DNA from: Paecilomyces variotii
Lineage: Eukaryota
Strand: one strand, 5' to 3'
Length of the DNA stretch: 54,236 bases
Assembly: GCA_004022145.1 (NCBI GenBank)
Contig: RCNU01000023.1
Positions 1 through 13,557 of the stretch are shown in pieces. The position numbers and the translations under genes are program-made. Position 1 is the stretch's first letter. The number at the start of each line of letters is the position of its first letter. Below the pieces are notes generated by a model. That model worked only from the letters and a program-made list of their open reading frames with translations. It was not told the DNA's origin and ran no database searches.

Positions 1-214
1 TTGCCTTTTCGATCTCTGCCTTTGCTGTCTCACCGGCACCCACGTTGCGAACGGCCATAATGACCTTGGCCGCACCGAGTGTGACCAAATGCTTGGCTGC
101 TTCGAATCCCAGACCAGTATTGGATCCCGTCACGATATATGTACGTCCCGCACACGTCTCAGTCGTGGCGAGGAGGGGAAGAATACGACTTTGGGTTTCG
201 ATGGACTCCGACAT
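1..214 (-). CDS. Short-chain dehydrogenase/reductase (retinol dehydrogenase-like), 5' part; runs off the window start
   Basis: Manual translation from ATG 214: MSESIETQSRILPLLATTETCAGRTYIVTGSNTGLGFEAAKHLVTLGAAKVIMAVRNVGAGETAKAEIEKA. Rossmann TGxNxGxG motif and VIMAVRN. Confidence 0.85.
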   Translation of the reverse strand, partial: MSESIETQSRILPLLATTETCAGRTYIVTGSNTGLGFEAAKHLVTLGAAKVIMAVRNVGAGETAKAEIEKA

Positions 215-1192
215 GATGGGTCTAAGTGAACCTGATGTATATGAATGAAATATATATCTTGAACGAGAGAGACTCAGAGAATGTGTCAATTTTTCTTCTC
301 AATGAAAGAAGTGGATATGAGTCGCATATGAACTCACCAAGAGTCAGGGCAGATGCCACATATATATACACCTCCACCAGTCCGACGGCTCTTCGGAAAT
401 AGGACGATTTCAACTCATAATGACCGTTCTTGAGCGGACCTAGATACAAAATAAAATCCGAGGGAATAGATTGCTATACCCCGAATGATCAGCTCATCTT
501 ACATTATCCCCACAGGTTAGTTGAGGCGATGCTGTGCCCAGGAGACAGTTTGAGCTGATCTGGCAATGGGAGACTGATTTCCTAGTCCGGATGTCCAGTC
601 TAGCCAATCAGAGACTCTTTTCCTAACTAGGATAGCGTGATGTTATACCGTTAACTGAGAAAAAGGACGCCAGTATTTATTTGTCACTACCATGTATACG
701 GTCATAGTAAAGACACAGCTCGAAAATGATTGGAGAAAAAGAAGATGTTTCTATTTATCTACATATAAAGCTCTAGCTGCTAACCTCCCATCGCAACATA
801 CCCGTCAGTCATTTCAAAGCTCGCGCCTATATCATGGAAAAAAGATAGCATCACCGGCGTAACTGGGAGAAAAAGAGAGAAGGCAAGAGACTCGTCAAGA
901 CAGTCGGGCCATGATCCGAGGAGGCATGCTGATCGCAACGCGCTCTCTATGATCCATCTCTTCATAGATCGGGTATCAATGTAGTGGTGGGGAGTGGAGG
1001 AGCGATAAGGGACGGGCTCAATCTTAGAGGGTCACAAGCAGGAAGCGCGGGGCGATGAAACATGTGAACATTCCCACCAGAAAATGCGTGACAGTGGACT
1101 GAACAACAGAACGGAAGTCATTGGATCCAAAAAGCCAAAAAAGAAACTGGCCGAGTGAGACTGTGGCCATGGTCCCCACCAGGATCTGTTGT

Positions 1193-4100
1193 TCACCGAC
1201 GGTCAAAGAACCAACTGCTACGCTTACCAGATCCCTCAGACTGGAGTCCAGATACTGTAGGAATAGCAGCACTCCCGTTGGCATCAGAACCACCACCGCC
1301 ACGAAGCGGCTTGGCGATCCTGGAACCGCCGAAGCTGAAGCCCCCAGCGGCGTCCATGGAGGGAAGACCCCGAGTGGAACCCTGCTTGGCTGCTTCGAGA
1401 CGCTCCTTGACAGCTGTAAGCTGCGCTTCGAATCTAAAAACAATCAGTCAGCAACACGTCAACCAGAAAGGGTATCGTTATACGAACCTGTGGTTAGCAG
1501 CCGTTAGCTTCTCCTGGCTGTCCTGGAGCAAGCTCTCCAGACTGCTGATCCGCTCGTTGCGTGCAATCAGCTTTCGTTCGGCGATAGCAACTTCCTTCTT
1601 CAGGCTGCTGTTCTGCTCCACGAGCTGGCGCTGCACGTGGGTCAGTTGTTCGAGATTGCGTTCCAGGAACGCCATCTTCTTCTGCTGAGCGCGGTTGTTA
1701 GAGGACTTCAGCACATTGTTGTACTGCTCCCGCGTCTCATCAAGGGAGATCTCGAGTTCAACAACACGCTCGCAGCGGTTCTGAAGGTCACGCATGAGCG
1801 ACTTCTTCATGATGTCGAAGTCAGCGATCTGCTGCTGCAGCGTCTTGCTGTTCACAGCTGCGGATCCCGCCGTGCCATTGGCAGAGGCGCGCTGAGCCTC
1901 AGCCAGTTCGTCGCGCAGCTTCTTCAACTCCTCATCCCGGCGAGTAAGCTCAGCCCTGAGGGCCTCCGCGGACTGCATCTCATGATCGCGCTGGCTGATG
2001 TATGCCTTCTCCAGACGCTGGCGGATCTCCTCAATGTCGCTCTCGCCCAAGTTGCGCTCGAGGATCTGCTCGTATTCGTGTTCGAGGTCAGTCAACTTCT
2101 GCTCAAGTTCCACCACCCGGCTGTCCTGCAGCTCGGACATCTCGCTCCGGTCGTTCATCGTCAGCTCCGCCTGTCTCACGAAGCCTTGAGTCTCGAGGAG
2201 ACTGGCACGCAGCTCTGCGAACTCATCTGGAGCAACAGCCTCGCCAGCAGAACTGTGCTGGTAGAGTGAGTCGACTCGCTCGATGAGCTTTTGGATCTTT
2301 CTCTCGTTGTCCGAAAAGACATCGAGCCCCAGATCGAAGCCGGCCATCATCTTCGCCATCCTCTCCGCCTTCGTGCGGTCCTTCTCATCAAGAGCAGCAC
2401 TAGTCTCCTTGGCACTGATCCGAACATCCAAGAGCTGCTGCTTGATTTCATCCAACTCGGCAGTAAGCTCAGCGTTGGCTTCCTTGAGACTGTCCATGGT
2501 GATGGACGCTTCCTTACTCTCATAGGACACCTTTTCGAGCTGCATCCGCAATTCGTTAACCTCAGTGTTAAGTTTCTCGTTGTCTTTCGATGTCCTAGAG
2601 GCATTCTCTTTTATGGTCCTGAGCTCCTCTCGGGCATCGTGCAAGCTTCTCTCGACGTTAGAAATATGAGTCTCCTTTTCCGCCAGCTGATCTTGCAGCT
2701 CGTTCTCCCGCCGCAAGAACTCCTCGCGCTCGTCCTTCTCCAGCACAATACTGGGCGTACCAGCACGCTCACCTAGCCGTGAGTCAGGCCGGCTAGGGGT
2801 CTCGGCACGAGCCTCCTGCAGTCTTGATGGGGTTCCGGGGCGCTGACGGGCATCGGGCCTCGCGGCTCCAATGCCCTCGATGCTTCTAGCCTGCGTCCAA
2901 CGCTCCTTGGGAACAGCCTCGCCACTTCGCCATAGCTGAACCTCCCCTTCCAGGCTGGAAATGTAGTTCTCGAAACTAGTAACCTGGCTCTGGGCTTTCT
3001 TGAGCAGCTGCTTGAGCTCCGCAGGACTGAGCTCCGCATTGATCTTTGCCTTGTTCTTAATTGCCTTGGCTCGTACACCGAATCTCAATGTCGAAACTGT
3101 TTCTGCATCGTTGTAGCTGCTAGGAGAACAATTGATGATGAGAGTTGTCCGCGAGTTACCTCCCAAACTCTCCTGCAGGATACGGGTGAGTTTCGAGTCA
3201 CGATACGGGACATGGGAAGATTTCCCGTCCGTCAAAGCGTTGATGACCATACCAAGAGCACTCAAACTCTTGTTGATCTTCTTGGCTTCCTCGAGGGTCT
3301 GACCACTTGCACCTGTCTTTCCAACCTTCTCACTACCAGCCAAATCGACCAGGAACAGCTGTCCACTCTTCATCGAGCCAGTTTCGACATTCTTCTGGGT
3401 GATCGTGATGACGAAGATCGAGTGTGATCGCGAGGATTCCTGGTTCATGTTCGTTGCCGCCACGGATCTTGCTTCTCCACCACGTCGCATCACCTCGTAG
3501 ACTTCTTGCACGCTGGAGACGTAGATTTCCAGGAGGCCCTTGACGTAGACACCTCTCGACTTCTCCTCGTGAACGGGGAGATTGTCATTCTGAGGCACCA
3601 AGAGATCACGGATGCGCTCCATGTAAATTTCCATATAACTGACTCGTACCGTATACTCGATGTTGCTGGGACTGGACAAGATGCTGGCGAAGATCTGCTC
3701 GACGATGCGGGGAATGATACCTTTGCCCTCATCGTCGTCGATGTCGGAACCCATCATGGTATATGATTTACCGGCACCAGTTTGACCGTACGCGAAGACG
3801 GTTCCGTTGTATCCATTGAGGATATCATCCACAGTCGACCGAATAGAGAAGTTAAAGATATCTGTTTGCCGCGAGTCCATCGGGAACACGCGGTCAAACG
3901 TGAAGGCGGCTTGGCCTTCCCTGGACTGTTGACCATCATCAGCTCCCACTTCTGTCTTCTAAATACAAAAAATAACATATCTGCATGCTGCATGGTGGTA
4001 TGCATGCACCGTGCAAAGCGGGAGTATTCTCACATTAATCTTACATGTGTCCTCAGTCTCGAACTCGACGATTGGTTCACCTCCGGATGCGAGCTCAACC

Positions 4101-4322
4101 TTGTTCTGCGGCCGAAATCTCGCAACCACTGTTTATCCTACCGTCAGTCTCCGGTTCCAGGGCTGGTAGCGCAAACACACAGCCGAATAAGCGTACCCTT
4201 GATGGTGTTGGAGCCGGTTGAGCTCGAGGACCTGTCATTGCGAAGATGCTCCTGTCAGCGATGCCTTCCAAAACCTCCCCCAACGGGCAGTCGAAAGACG
4301 TCCAAGGAGCGACTCACGCCAT
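1193..4322 (-). CDS. kinA: Kinesin-1 (conventional kinesin heavy chain), 5 exons
   Basis: Motor motifs YGQTGAGKS, SSRSH, LVDLAGSE and a long coiled coil (ORF 1478-3949). Upstream exons give MASSSSTGSNTIKVVARFRPQN. The last exon gives RFEAQLTAVKERLEAAK...SRIAKPLRGGG...KRSSWFFDRR* with the IAK autoinhibitory motif. GT-AG introns at each junction. Confidence 0.96.
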
Positions 4323-5235
4323 GTTGGCTGCTTGCTAGATGAACTGCGTCTATCACGAACAGTTGGTGCAGTCCCCTAGAATGGGGCAAGTGGCAGTACG
4401 AAAACACTCAGACACGAAAGCACGCCGCGAATTCTAGGGCGAGTCGAAATCCGATCGGTCAGGGGTTCACGTGCGGCAGTGGGCGCTGAGGCAGAAATCG
4501 AAACCCCCTCCCACGCCAAAGGAAACGCACAAAAAAACGAAAAAAAAGGCACAGATATCACAGACCACCCCTGGAGCAGAGGAAGGTCAGATGCAGAGCC
4601 AGCTTGAAGAGGAACAGAACAGATTATGCCAGATGTTTCAGGACTGCGGAGGGGCCACCAGCGTCGAGGTAGCGCATCGCATCGTTGTTGACAGCGAGTG
4701 GAGCTTCTACTGTTGAGATTCTTGGCAACGATTAACTAACGCCCGCGTTTCGTGGCCCGCGCAGAGCCAGTCATGGTGAGGATACCATAGTCTAGAGTAA
4801 CTAACTAAGTGTATTCCAACAACTCATCTAGGCCTACGTGGTCAGTGGCCGATTGACAGTGGTGGCTGTAGCTGTTATGGTGGGCACTGGACGAAATGGG
4901 ATGTACAGTTACTCATATTGCAATTGATGCAGTTTAACTAAAGGAGCAGATCACAAAATGCAGCTATCGACACTGAAAATCACCACGCCTAAACCCCACG
5001 CTGTGCAATTTGACCAAGGGAGGAAATGAAGAGTGGAATGCCCTGATCGATGGAAATCTCATGCAGGTCCAGAAAAAAAAGACAACAAAAAGCGCCAGTC
5101 AGAAAAGGAATGTGGTAAAGAGACAACGCTCCGTTGACGGATAGCAGGATCCGATGCACCGACACCTAGAACCCAAGAAACATACGTAGTGGCGAGAACC
5201 GGGTGGAATAAAAGCCAGAAAGAGCAAGAAACCGT

Positions 5236-5931
5236 CTAGTCCTCCCAGCTCTTCTCGACGGTCTCGCGGACACGCTTGGCGTATTCGCGACGGTTGTCCT
5301 TGTAGAGGTTCGAAGCCTCGACGTTCGCAGGAGACGAGGTGTTGGGATCGTTAAGCAAACTATTAAAAGGAAGATTAGATTCGTGAGCTTCCAGATATAC
5401 GGACGAAAACATACCTCTGGATACTAGTCAGGATGGCCGCCACGTCATAGGTAGGACTCCAGCGGTTCTGCAGAATATCGAGACAGAGCTCGCCAGTGCC
5501 ATAGACATTAGGATGGAACATCTGGCTGATGAACTTGACACCTGGGGGTTTGTTGGGGTACTGTTCTTCGAAGTGCATCACAAGGCGAAAGGTGCCATCC
5601 TCAAAAGGAGTGTCCGCGGGGCCGATGATGACGGCATTCCTAGACAGCGTCAGTCAACCAGCTGGTCCAGGTCCCTTTTATCACAGTGTCACACAACTTA
5701 CCAGGTCATGACATTGTCAGCAACTGGAGATGCAGAGACACCCGCTGGAGGGTCTGTTTGCATGCGCTGCATCACATAACTCAGTCAGCGGAACAGTTCC
5801 CACGCGACCCCATGCGTGCATGCACAGGCGGGGTCGAAAGAGAAAACTGGCGGCCATCTAGATTGCCATCTAGAGTCACCAGAACGTACCTTGAAGTCAC
5901 GCATGAGACGGCGACGAGCGGAGGTCGACAT
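5236..5931 (-). CDS. rad6: Ubiquitin-conjugating enzyme E2 Rad6/Ubc2 (UvsJ/Mus-8 orthologue), 4 exons
   Basis: Spliced: [53 protein letters not shown]...[74 protein letters not shown]. Confidence 0.97.
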
Positions 5932-6410
5932 CGTGGATACGTGTGGAGCTGGTGATGAGGGGACAAGATGATCCTTGGGCAACGATTCAGGTTCGAGTGT
6001 GGCGGTCACAGACAAGATACGTGACCTAGCGTAGGACAGAAACAGCCTGGAGAGATATGAGGGCTTTTGCAGTTGAGTAGTGATCAGCCTGATGCCGTTA
6101 TTGGGAAGCAGAGGGTGAGGGGTAGAAAGAAGGAGCAAGAACAATTTGCCGCAGACTGTCGTCCTGTTGACTCTGAGACTCTCTTGGTCCTCGCCGTTGC
6201 TGTCCCGCGATGCCGGAGGAAGCCGGAGAAACCATCTTGATGGGGATCGGAGAAATAGTCCTGATGGAGAAAGTGAGTGGTCCGAGCGTGATTGTGGCCT
6301 AATGTCTGACTAAGCGACTTATGCAATGACCTGAGACACATTATGAGGACAATTATGTCAGCAGTGCATTTGCACACCGTCCCTGCGGATCCGCTTTTAT
6401 CCGCGTTGAG

Positions 6411-6504
6411 CCTCGGTGTAACCCAATCAGGGCTAGCGCAGCCGGAACTCTAACGAGAAGCTCGGTTGCTCTGCCGCAGTCACCTGACCTGCCCATTGCC
6501 TCGG
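6411..6504. promoter_or_regulatory. Two CCTCGG (FarA/FarB-type fatty-acid response) motifs upstream of the thiolase
   Basis: CCTCGG at 6411-6416 and 6499-6504, within 240 bp of ATG 6649. CCTCGG is the established FarA/FarB (Ctf1) core. Function is inferred. Confidence 0.55.
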
Positions 6505-6648
6505 TACGGTCACGGGTCATTCCCCGGGATGCGGAGTATTCGAGGAGATGTTGTTGCCCCCCGACCTGCTTTCTCTTCTCTTTATGTTCGGTTGAGGTCG
6601 ATCTCTGCGGCCCTAGACGGATTCTCCTGTATCTCCCCTCCCGCTGCA

Positions 6649-8079
<1,431 letters not shown>

Positions 8080-9342
8080 ATCATCCACTATATGCCAAAT
8101 AGTATAGACCCTCTTGCTTATCTGTTGAATCTGCACCACTGTATATAATGAACCTATACCTTGTGGATTCTGTTGGTATCGCCCACTATCAATATTAGCA
8201 TGTGTTCTATATCCAAAATCTGCCGTTGACTTGTATTTATGTATGTACGTACAAAATATCCCAGTCTTGCATGAAATACATTACGTCAATGAATAACCAG
8301 TCTAGGCTGTAATTCCAGTCCATAAAGTATCACGTTGCACCACCATTGCCGCAGTGGACGGAACATCTCATATAACGCCATATGTCCATGTATCTTTGCG
8401 TGGGCGGACAATGTAAAATCAATCTCGAGCATATACTCTTCGTCGTACAATGCGCCTGCGACGTATCCGCAAGTACTCCTTTGTAGTACTGCAATTCTAG
8501 GAAGGGGAAAAAAAGTAACACGCTACCGTCGTTCAGCAGATTACACAGCATATAATAGTGGAGAGATATCTCCGTGAATTTGTATCACTCTTGCTTGGAA
8601 AGTATTGTACATACTTGAGGATAAGTCCAGCTACGCCTCTGGTGAAGAACAAGCTTTCAGGCGAACTCTCTATCTACCTGACCTAGAGTTTGACCTATAA
8701 CACTGTACCGCGATCGTTCTTGCATAGCGTGGCAGCTATATCGCTGACCAACATGTCGTATACAGTACAAACTAATTCATACTTTTTCTCCCCATCAGAC
8801 CGCAATTCGTACGATCTATTCTCGTACGAATCTTTTATCTTGTCTTGTACAGTTGTACCTGTTGTGCAACACTGTATAGGTACCTAAACAAATGCCCCGC
8901 GCGTTCAGGTGTAGATCCACCTCAGAAATAAAATAAAAAGCTTAAACTTACCAACACAATCCCACGGTCTGTTTGGTTCCCGATACTTATCTGGGCCAAG
9001 CATACGAGCTTTCTGCCGATTCATTACCGGAATACTCCGTACGAACTGTCTAGTGATAAGTTAATCTTAAGGCGGATACGTTAAAAAAGCAGCAGCTTGG
9101 GATCAGCCAAGTGTGACTTCTTAACTAGATATAGATAATACAGCAAGCTTGACAGTGGGCCTCAGTTAAGTAGTTAGTTACTCTTAGTGTGTTTGTTTGT
9201 TTTTTGTTTGTGTTTTTTTGGCCCCCAAGCAAGCTGTCGGATACAAAATAACAATCACTTCTCAAAGCTGTTATTATGATGTATAATAATTCGAAAGAAA
9301 GCCATTGATATAAATCTCCAAGGTATTTTGGTTTTCTTAAAA

Positions 9343-10704
9343 ATGGCCATCGATTTATCGCCCTGTGCGACGTTCCTGTACACAGTACTCGCAAGCCATC
9401 TCACAGCGACTCTGATAGCTACCACGCCAAGAAAATCCCTTTTTCGCATCCTTGGGAATTTCATCCTCTGCTTCATCGCATACAAGCAATGGACGAATAT
9501 ACCGAATATTCCAGGTTCAGATACTGTCCGCGGCATGGTGGCCGCAAGTGTCGTCATTTCATTGCTCTATGCGACGAACCTGCTCTTTATGACGGGCATT
9601 GATCTCAATGACCTTATTCGCGAGAAGCTCGCTGATCCATTATCCATGGGTCTTCGAGCTCGTATCGATGCCGCTTTGAAGATCGTTCAGAACACGCGTG
9701 GCATCGGGACGAGTTGGCAGGTCAAGGGAACACCGTGTCATCCAGCATTTTATGAGCCGAATAGACGGTCGCCGGATCGTGGCGTTTATGTGCTCCGGCA
9801 GATGGTCATCTTGATATGGCAATATCTGCTCCTAGATGCTGTTACGGTCCCTTTGAAACTCATGTCCGTTGAGGACAGAGCACGGGAGATGGGACCGGGA
9901 ACGGAGTGGTTGTTCTGGAATGCCAGTCCAGAGCAGTGGACGAGGAAATTTAAGACTGGAGTGATAGGCTGGTTTGTCATCGCTAGGTTGATAATCGATT
10001 CAAATCATAGATTGTTCTCAATCGTGGCTGTCGGGCTCGGTGGATCTCCCCCCGAACTTTGGCCGCCATTCTTTGGGAGCATGTGGGATGCATACACGAT
10101 ACGTGGATTTTGGGGGTATGTTCTTCCCTTCACTTTTATATACATGATATACTCCTATTCGATAGCCACTAGGCAGATCAGTGCTTACTTACTTTCCTCC
10201 AGAACATTCTGGCATCAAAGCCTTCGATGGATCCTGACATCATGGTCTTCTCTAATCACACGGACAATTCTGCGGTTGCCGCGGCCTTCGCTCGTCGAGC
10301 GCTATCTCAACATCCTTCTAGCCTTCAGCGTGTCTGGTCTTATTCATGTTGCTTATGACATTGGCAGTAATGTACCGTTAGAGCGTTCTGGTGCCATGCA
10401 TTTCTTCTGTTCCTTTGCCTTTGGGATCATGTTGGAGGATGCGGTCCAAGAGGCATGGAAACGGCTCACTGGGAATCGCACAGGGAAGAGCGGAGAAACC
10501 TCGATATGGAAGAAGTTCGTAGGATTCGTTTGGGTTGCTGTATTCCTCTCCGTTGTCACGCCGTTTTACGCCTATCCTAGCCTGCAAGTGCCCAAGGCAG
10601 CGGTTCCATACAGCATTGCAGAAAAGGCGGGTATAACTCCAACACTCTCTGCAGCAGTCGTCGGTATGTTGATTACCAAGTTCTGGCTGGGAGGGGAGGA
10701 ATAG
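9343..10704 (+). CDS. Membrane-bound O-acyltransferase (wax synthase/TRI7-like, MBOAT_2 family)
   Basis: Multiple hydrophobic segments. Motifs WPPFFGS...AYTIRGFWG|TFWHQ and AFSVSGLIH. An 87-nt GT-AG intron at 10116-10202. Confidence 0.85.
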   Translation: MAIDLSPCATFLYTVLASHLTATLIATTPRKSLFRILGNFILCFIAYKQWTNIPNIPGSDTVRGMVAASVVISLLYATNLLFMTGIDLNDLIREKLADPLSMGLRARIDAALKIVQNTRGIGTSWQVKGTPCHPAFYEPNRRSPDRGVYVLRQMVILIWQYLLLDAVTVPLKLMSVEDRAREMGPGTEWLFWNASPEQWTRKFKTGVIGWFVIARLIIDSNHRLFSIVAVGLGGSPPELWPPFFGSMWDAYTIRGFWGYVLPFTFIYMIYSYSIATRQISAYLLSSRTFWHQSLRWILTSWSSLITRTILRLPRPSLVERYLNILLAFSVSGLIHVAYDIGSNVPLERSGAMHFFCSFAFGIMLEDAVQEAWKRLTGNRTGKSGETSIWKKFVGFVWVAVFLSVVTPFYAYPSLQVPKAAVPYSIAEKAGITPTLSAAVVGMLITKFWLGGEE

Positions 10705-10785
10705 TTCTGCCGTTATATGTCACCCTTTCTAACGTACGTTCATATAATTGTCGAGTTCGCAATGTCAGCAAGGATAGATTTCTAT

Positions 10786-13197
10786 TCAGTGCCCATCCTG
10801 AAACTTCCCACCACAGTAGGCACAAGTGTCGAAGGCCTCGAAGATCAAATGGTACTTCGAGGAGACTACTTGAGGCTCTTCATGATCGCATTCTGGCCCG
10901 AATACTTCGTCGTTGAGATATTCTGTTTCACACACAGAACAGTATTTCGATATCCCCGGTTCCGGTATGCACAGGAAAGTTAAGCCGCAGCGGACTGAAC
11001 TCTGTCAGAGTGATTCCACAAATACAGCAAGGGTAGCGTGACTTACTGAAAATATGGCCTTCTGCGCACTGTGCCTCTGCTGCATGGTACCATTCAATCC
11101 CAGCGTCACATATGCTGCATTTCTCAAAGAGCGTTCCACCTGGACCGCTCAATTGCTCTGCAGACTTGGGACTTACAGCAAGTGACTCGCCATCTATACA
11201 CCTGGATTTCTCATCGGCCAAGTCTACACCAGTGGCACTTTCCAACTTTTCGAGAACCGAGTGAGCGAGAGATAGAATATTCTCATCACGACAGCTCGTG
11301 ATTGCGCAAAGACATGCAGCGTATAACAGCTTCTGCGACCAAGCATCGTTGTACTGGTTTTCCGCTTCTAATCCGAGGGTAAACTGCAGTATCATCTTTC
11401 GTTTCTCCGAGATAAATTCTGGCGATGGGTCAGGTGGGTGCAGCATTGTGGCCACAGAAACATCCTTCTGTGCATCGAGGTGCGAGATCATAAGCGTGGT
11501 ACGTTCCTCGGCTGTGGTTGTGTATTCGACCATGTCTCCTGGATGCAACGTGAATGCTATGGCGAGGAATCCCTTCCATGAATCCATGCCCCAGATCCTA
11601 GAAACCGCCAAGCCACCCAAGTCCCGGTCAATATCAAATCTCTCGCGGAAATCCTCCATTTGTTTCTTCCATGGCGACTGGAAAACCTGCATTCCATCCT
11701 CCATTGTAGGACATGTATAACTCTCTGCATATGCACCTAGCGTACCCACGTGAAGTGTCTGCTTTCCTGTTTCTTCGTCGATAACAATGGTGGTTGCTTG
11801 ACGCTATCAGCGACTGTGGGGGATTTCATGCACGAGAGACTCACCACTGATGGGTTCCCAGTGCTTGGTCTTCTCCGAAACCTCTGCAGTGGAGTGGCCT
11901 GGGACAACGTCTTGGAAAAATGGCTTTTCGCGAACAACAATTCTATCTGACTTTCTATCCTCCCCTTCATAGCTGGTTCTAGGCATAGTCACAGTCACAA
12001 GGCCTGAAAAGACACCGGCACAAATAGTTATCGAATCGAATTCTCCCTAGTCGAGTTTAGTCATATACAGTAGGTAACCTCGATAAGGATCAGTTTCATA
12101 CCTCAGATACCCATTGGAGCTCTCCAGTGAATCGATAATTATCCAAATTTCCAGCAGATTCGATATATGTATTCTTTGTGCATGTAATGTTCACACTGAA
12201 TCCAGGACTTGATAGCCCCTGTTCCTCTACAGGAGTAAGGGTCGCGTCCAGAGAAACGATCTTTAGTTTTGTGCCGTAGACGACTGCCACGGCCGACCTG
12301 GCTGATATCTTGGCATCTTCTTCAGAGGTCTCATAAATCCACGGACCACAGGAGACGTGGGATATCCTAGCTTTTGATTTCACAGCCGAGACAAATATCG
12401 AGGGCGCGTGGATCATTGGAAATGTTTCTGCTGGGTTTGCTAGAGAAATCACGGATAGGACCTCTATATCGTAAGGTTTTTCTGAGCTTGAACTTCTCGC
12501 GGTTCTGGAAACTCGAACGAAAACCAGGTCATTGGCATCATTGGCTATTGCAAGCACATGCACACCCCAACGACTTTCCCACGGCTCCAGCAACGCGGAT
12601 GGTCCATCTTGTCGCTGCTTCTGGCGCTTCAATGGCGGACACCATGCGAATGAGCGTATCTTCGACTTTCGTGCCACGACTCGTCTGTCAGCAACTGTCT
12701 GAGAAAAATGTAATTTCAACGCATCGTTGACGATAAAAACTCGACTCCATTTGTTTCGAAGCCCGCCAGAATCATAGAACGATAGGAGCAGGTTCGTAGT
12801 TAGCACTGCCAAGATGCTGCGTCTGTACTTTTCCAATCCAGGATAAGACCACTTAATGCCAGCGACTGTGCTGATTGACTGCTCAGAACCAATAGAGAAG
12901 CTATCGCGGTCTGCAGGGTTGGTGGTTGGCCACTCTATGTTAGTGAAGACATTCGCGCGGAGACGCGTGAACTCCCAAGGCCCAGCTGTCCCAGCTGCTG
13001 ACCCATCGCGCTGAGTGTTTGGCGACTGGCAAATCGATTAGCTATTTTCTTGTCTATTACATGTGTCGGCTATATAGATAGCTAGAACTCACTAGGATGT
13101 GTATGTATTCTCCAGCAGCCACAGCAAGTTCTCCATCTTGTGACCAAGACAGACACTCATGACACGATGGGAAAAGCTGAAGTTCAATAGGTTCCAT
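10786..13197 (-). CDS. Transcription factor IIIC delta/90-kDa-type subunit with C-terminal zinc finger, ~5 exons
   Basis: N-terminus MEPIELQLFPSCHECLSWSQDGELAVAAGEYIHIL; SIGSEQS...WSYPGL...LAVLTTNLLLS. C-terminal CSIC...CAEGH...RCGLTF...CSVC...CAYCGGKF Cys pattern. Confidence 0.8.
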
Positions 13198-13557
13198 ATT
13201 AAAACAAGACTATATGATTCATTTGCGCGACTATGATTGAGACTTAGACGATCGAGTTTTGAAGCGCATTGTGCTGATCATATCCACGTTTTCATCGCAG
13301 TGGAGGCACCTATTTGAAATTCTTGGCGGACGGTCCCGCTCCGGATCTGGACATCGCAACTGACATCCATGGATACTCAGATAGGGTCAGCGAATATACA
13401 ACAAGCTGCCTAAATAATAGTTAGTTACAGCACCTCCAGTAACACTAAGCTCTAAGAAAGTGCTAAATTTCTACTGCAGCACTTTGAGTCTTATTTGTCG
13501 GCATTATAAATTATCGACTTCCCTATCCTTATCACGCCCATTTCACCATCTGCAACT

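Noticed and set aside
1436..1487. Kinesin isoform ending NHRFV* without the IAK tail
   Set aside because: This is the ORF reading into an ordinary intron; nothing suggests regulated retention.
1121..3766. Several long plus-strand ORFs (up to 210 aa) opposite kinesin
   Set aside because: Antisense shadows of a codon-biased coiled-coil gene; no recognisable motifs.
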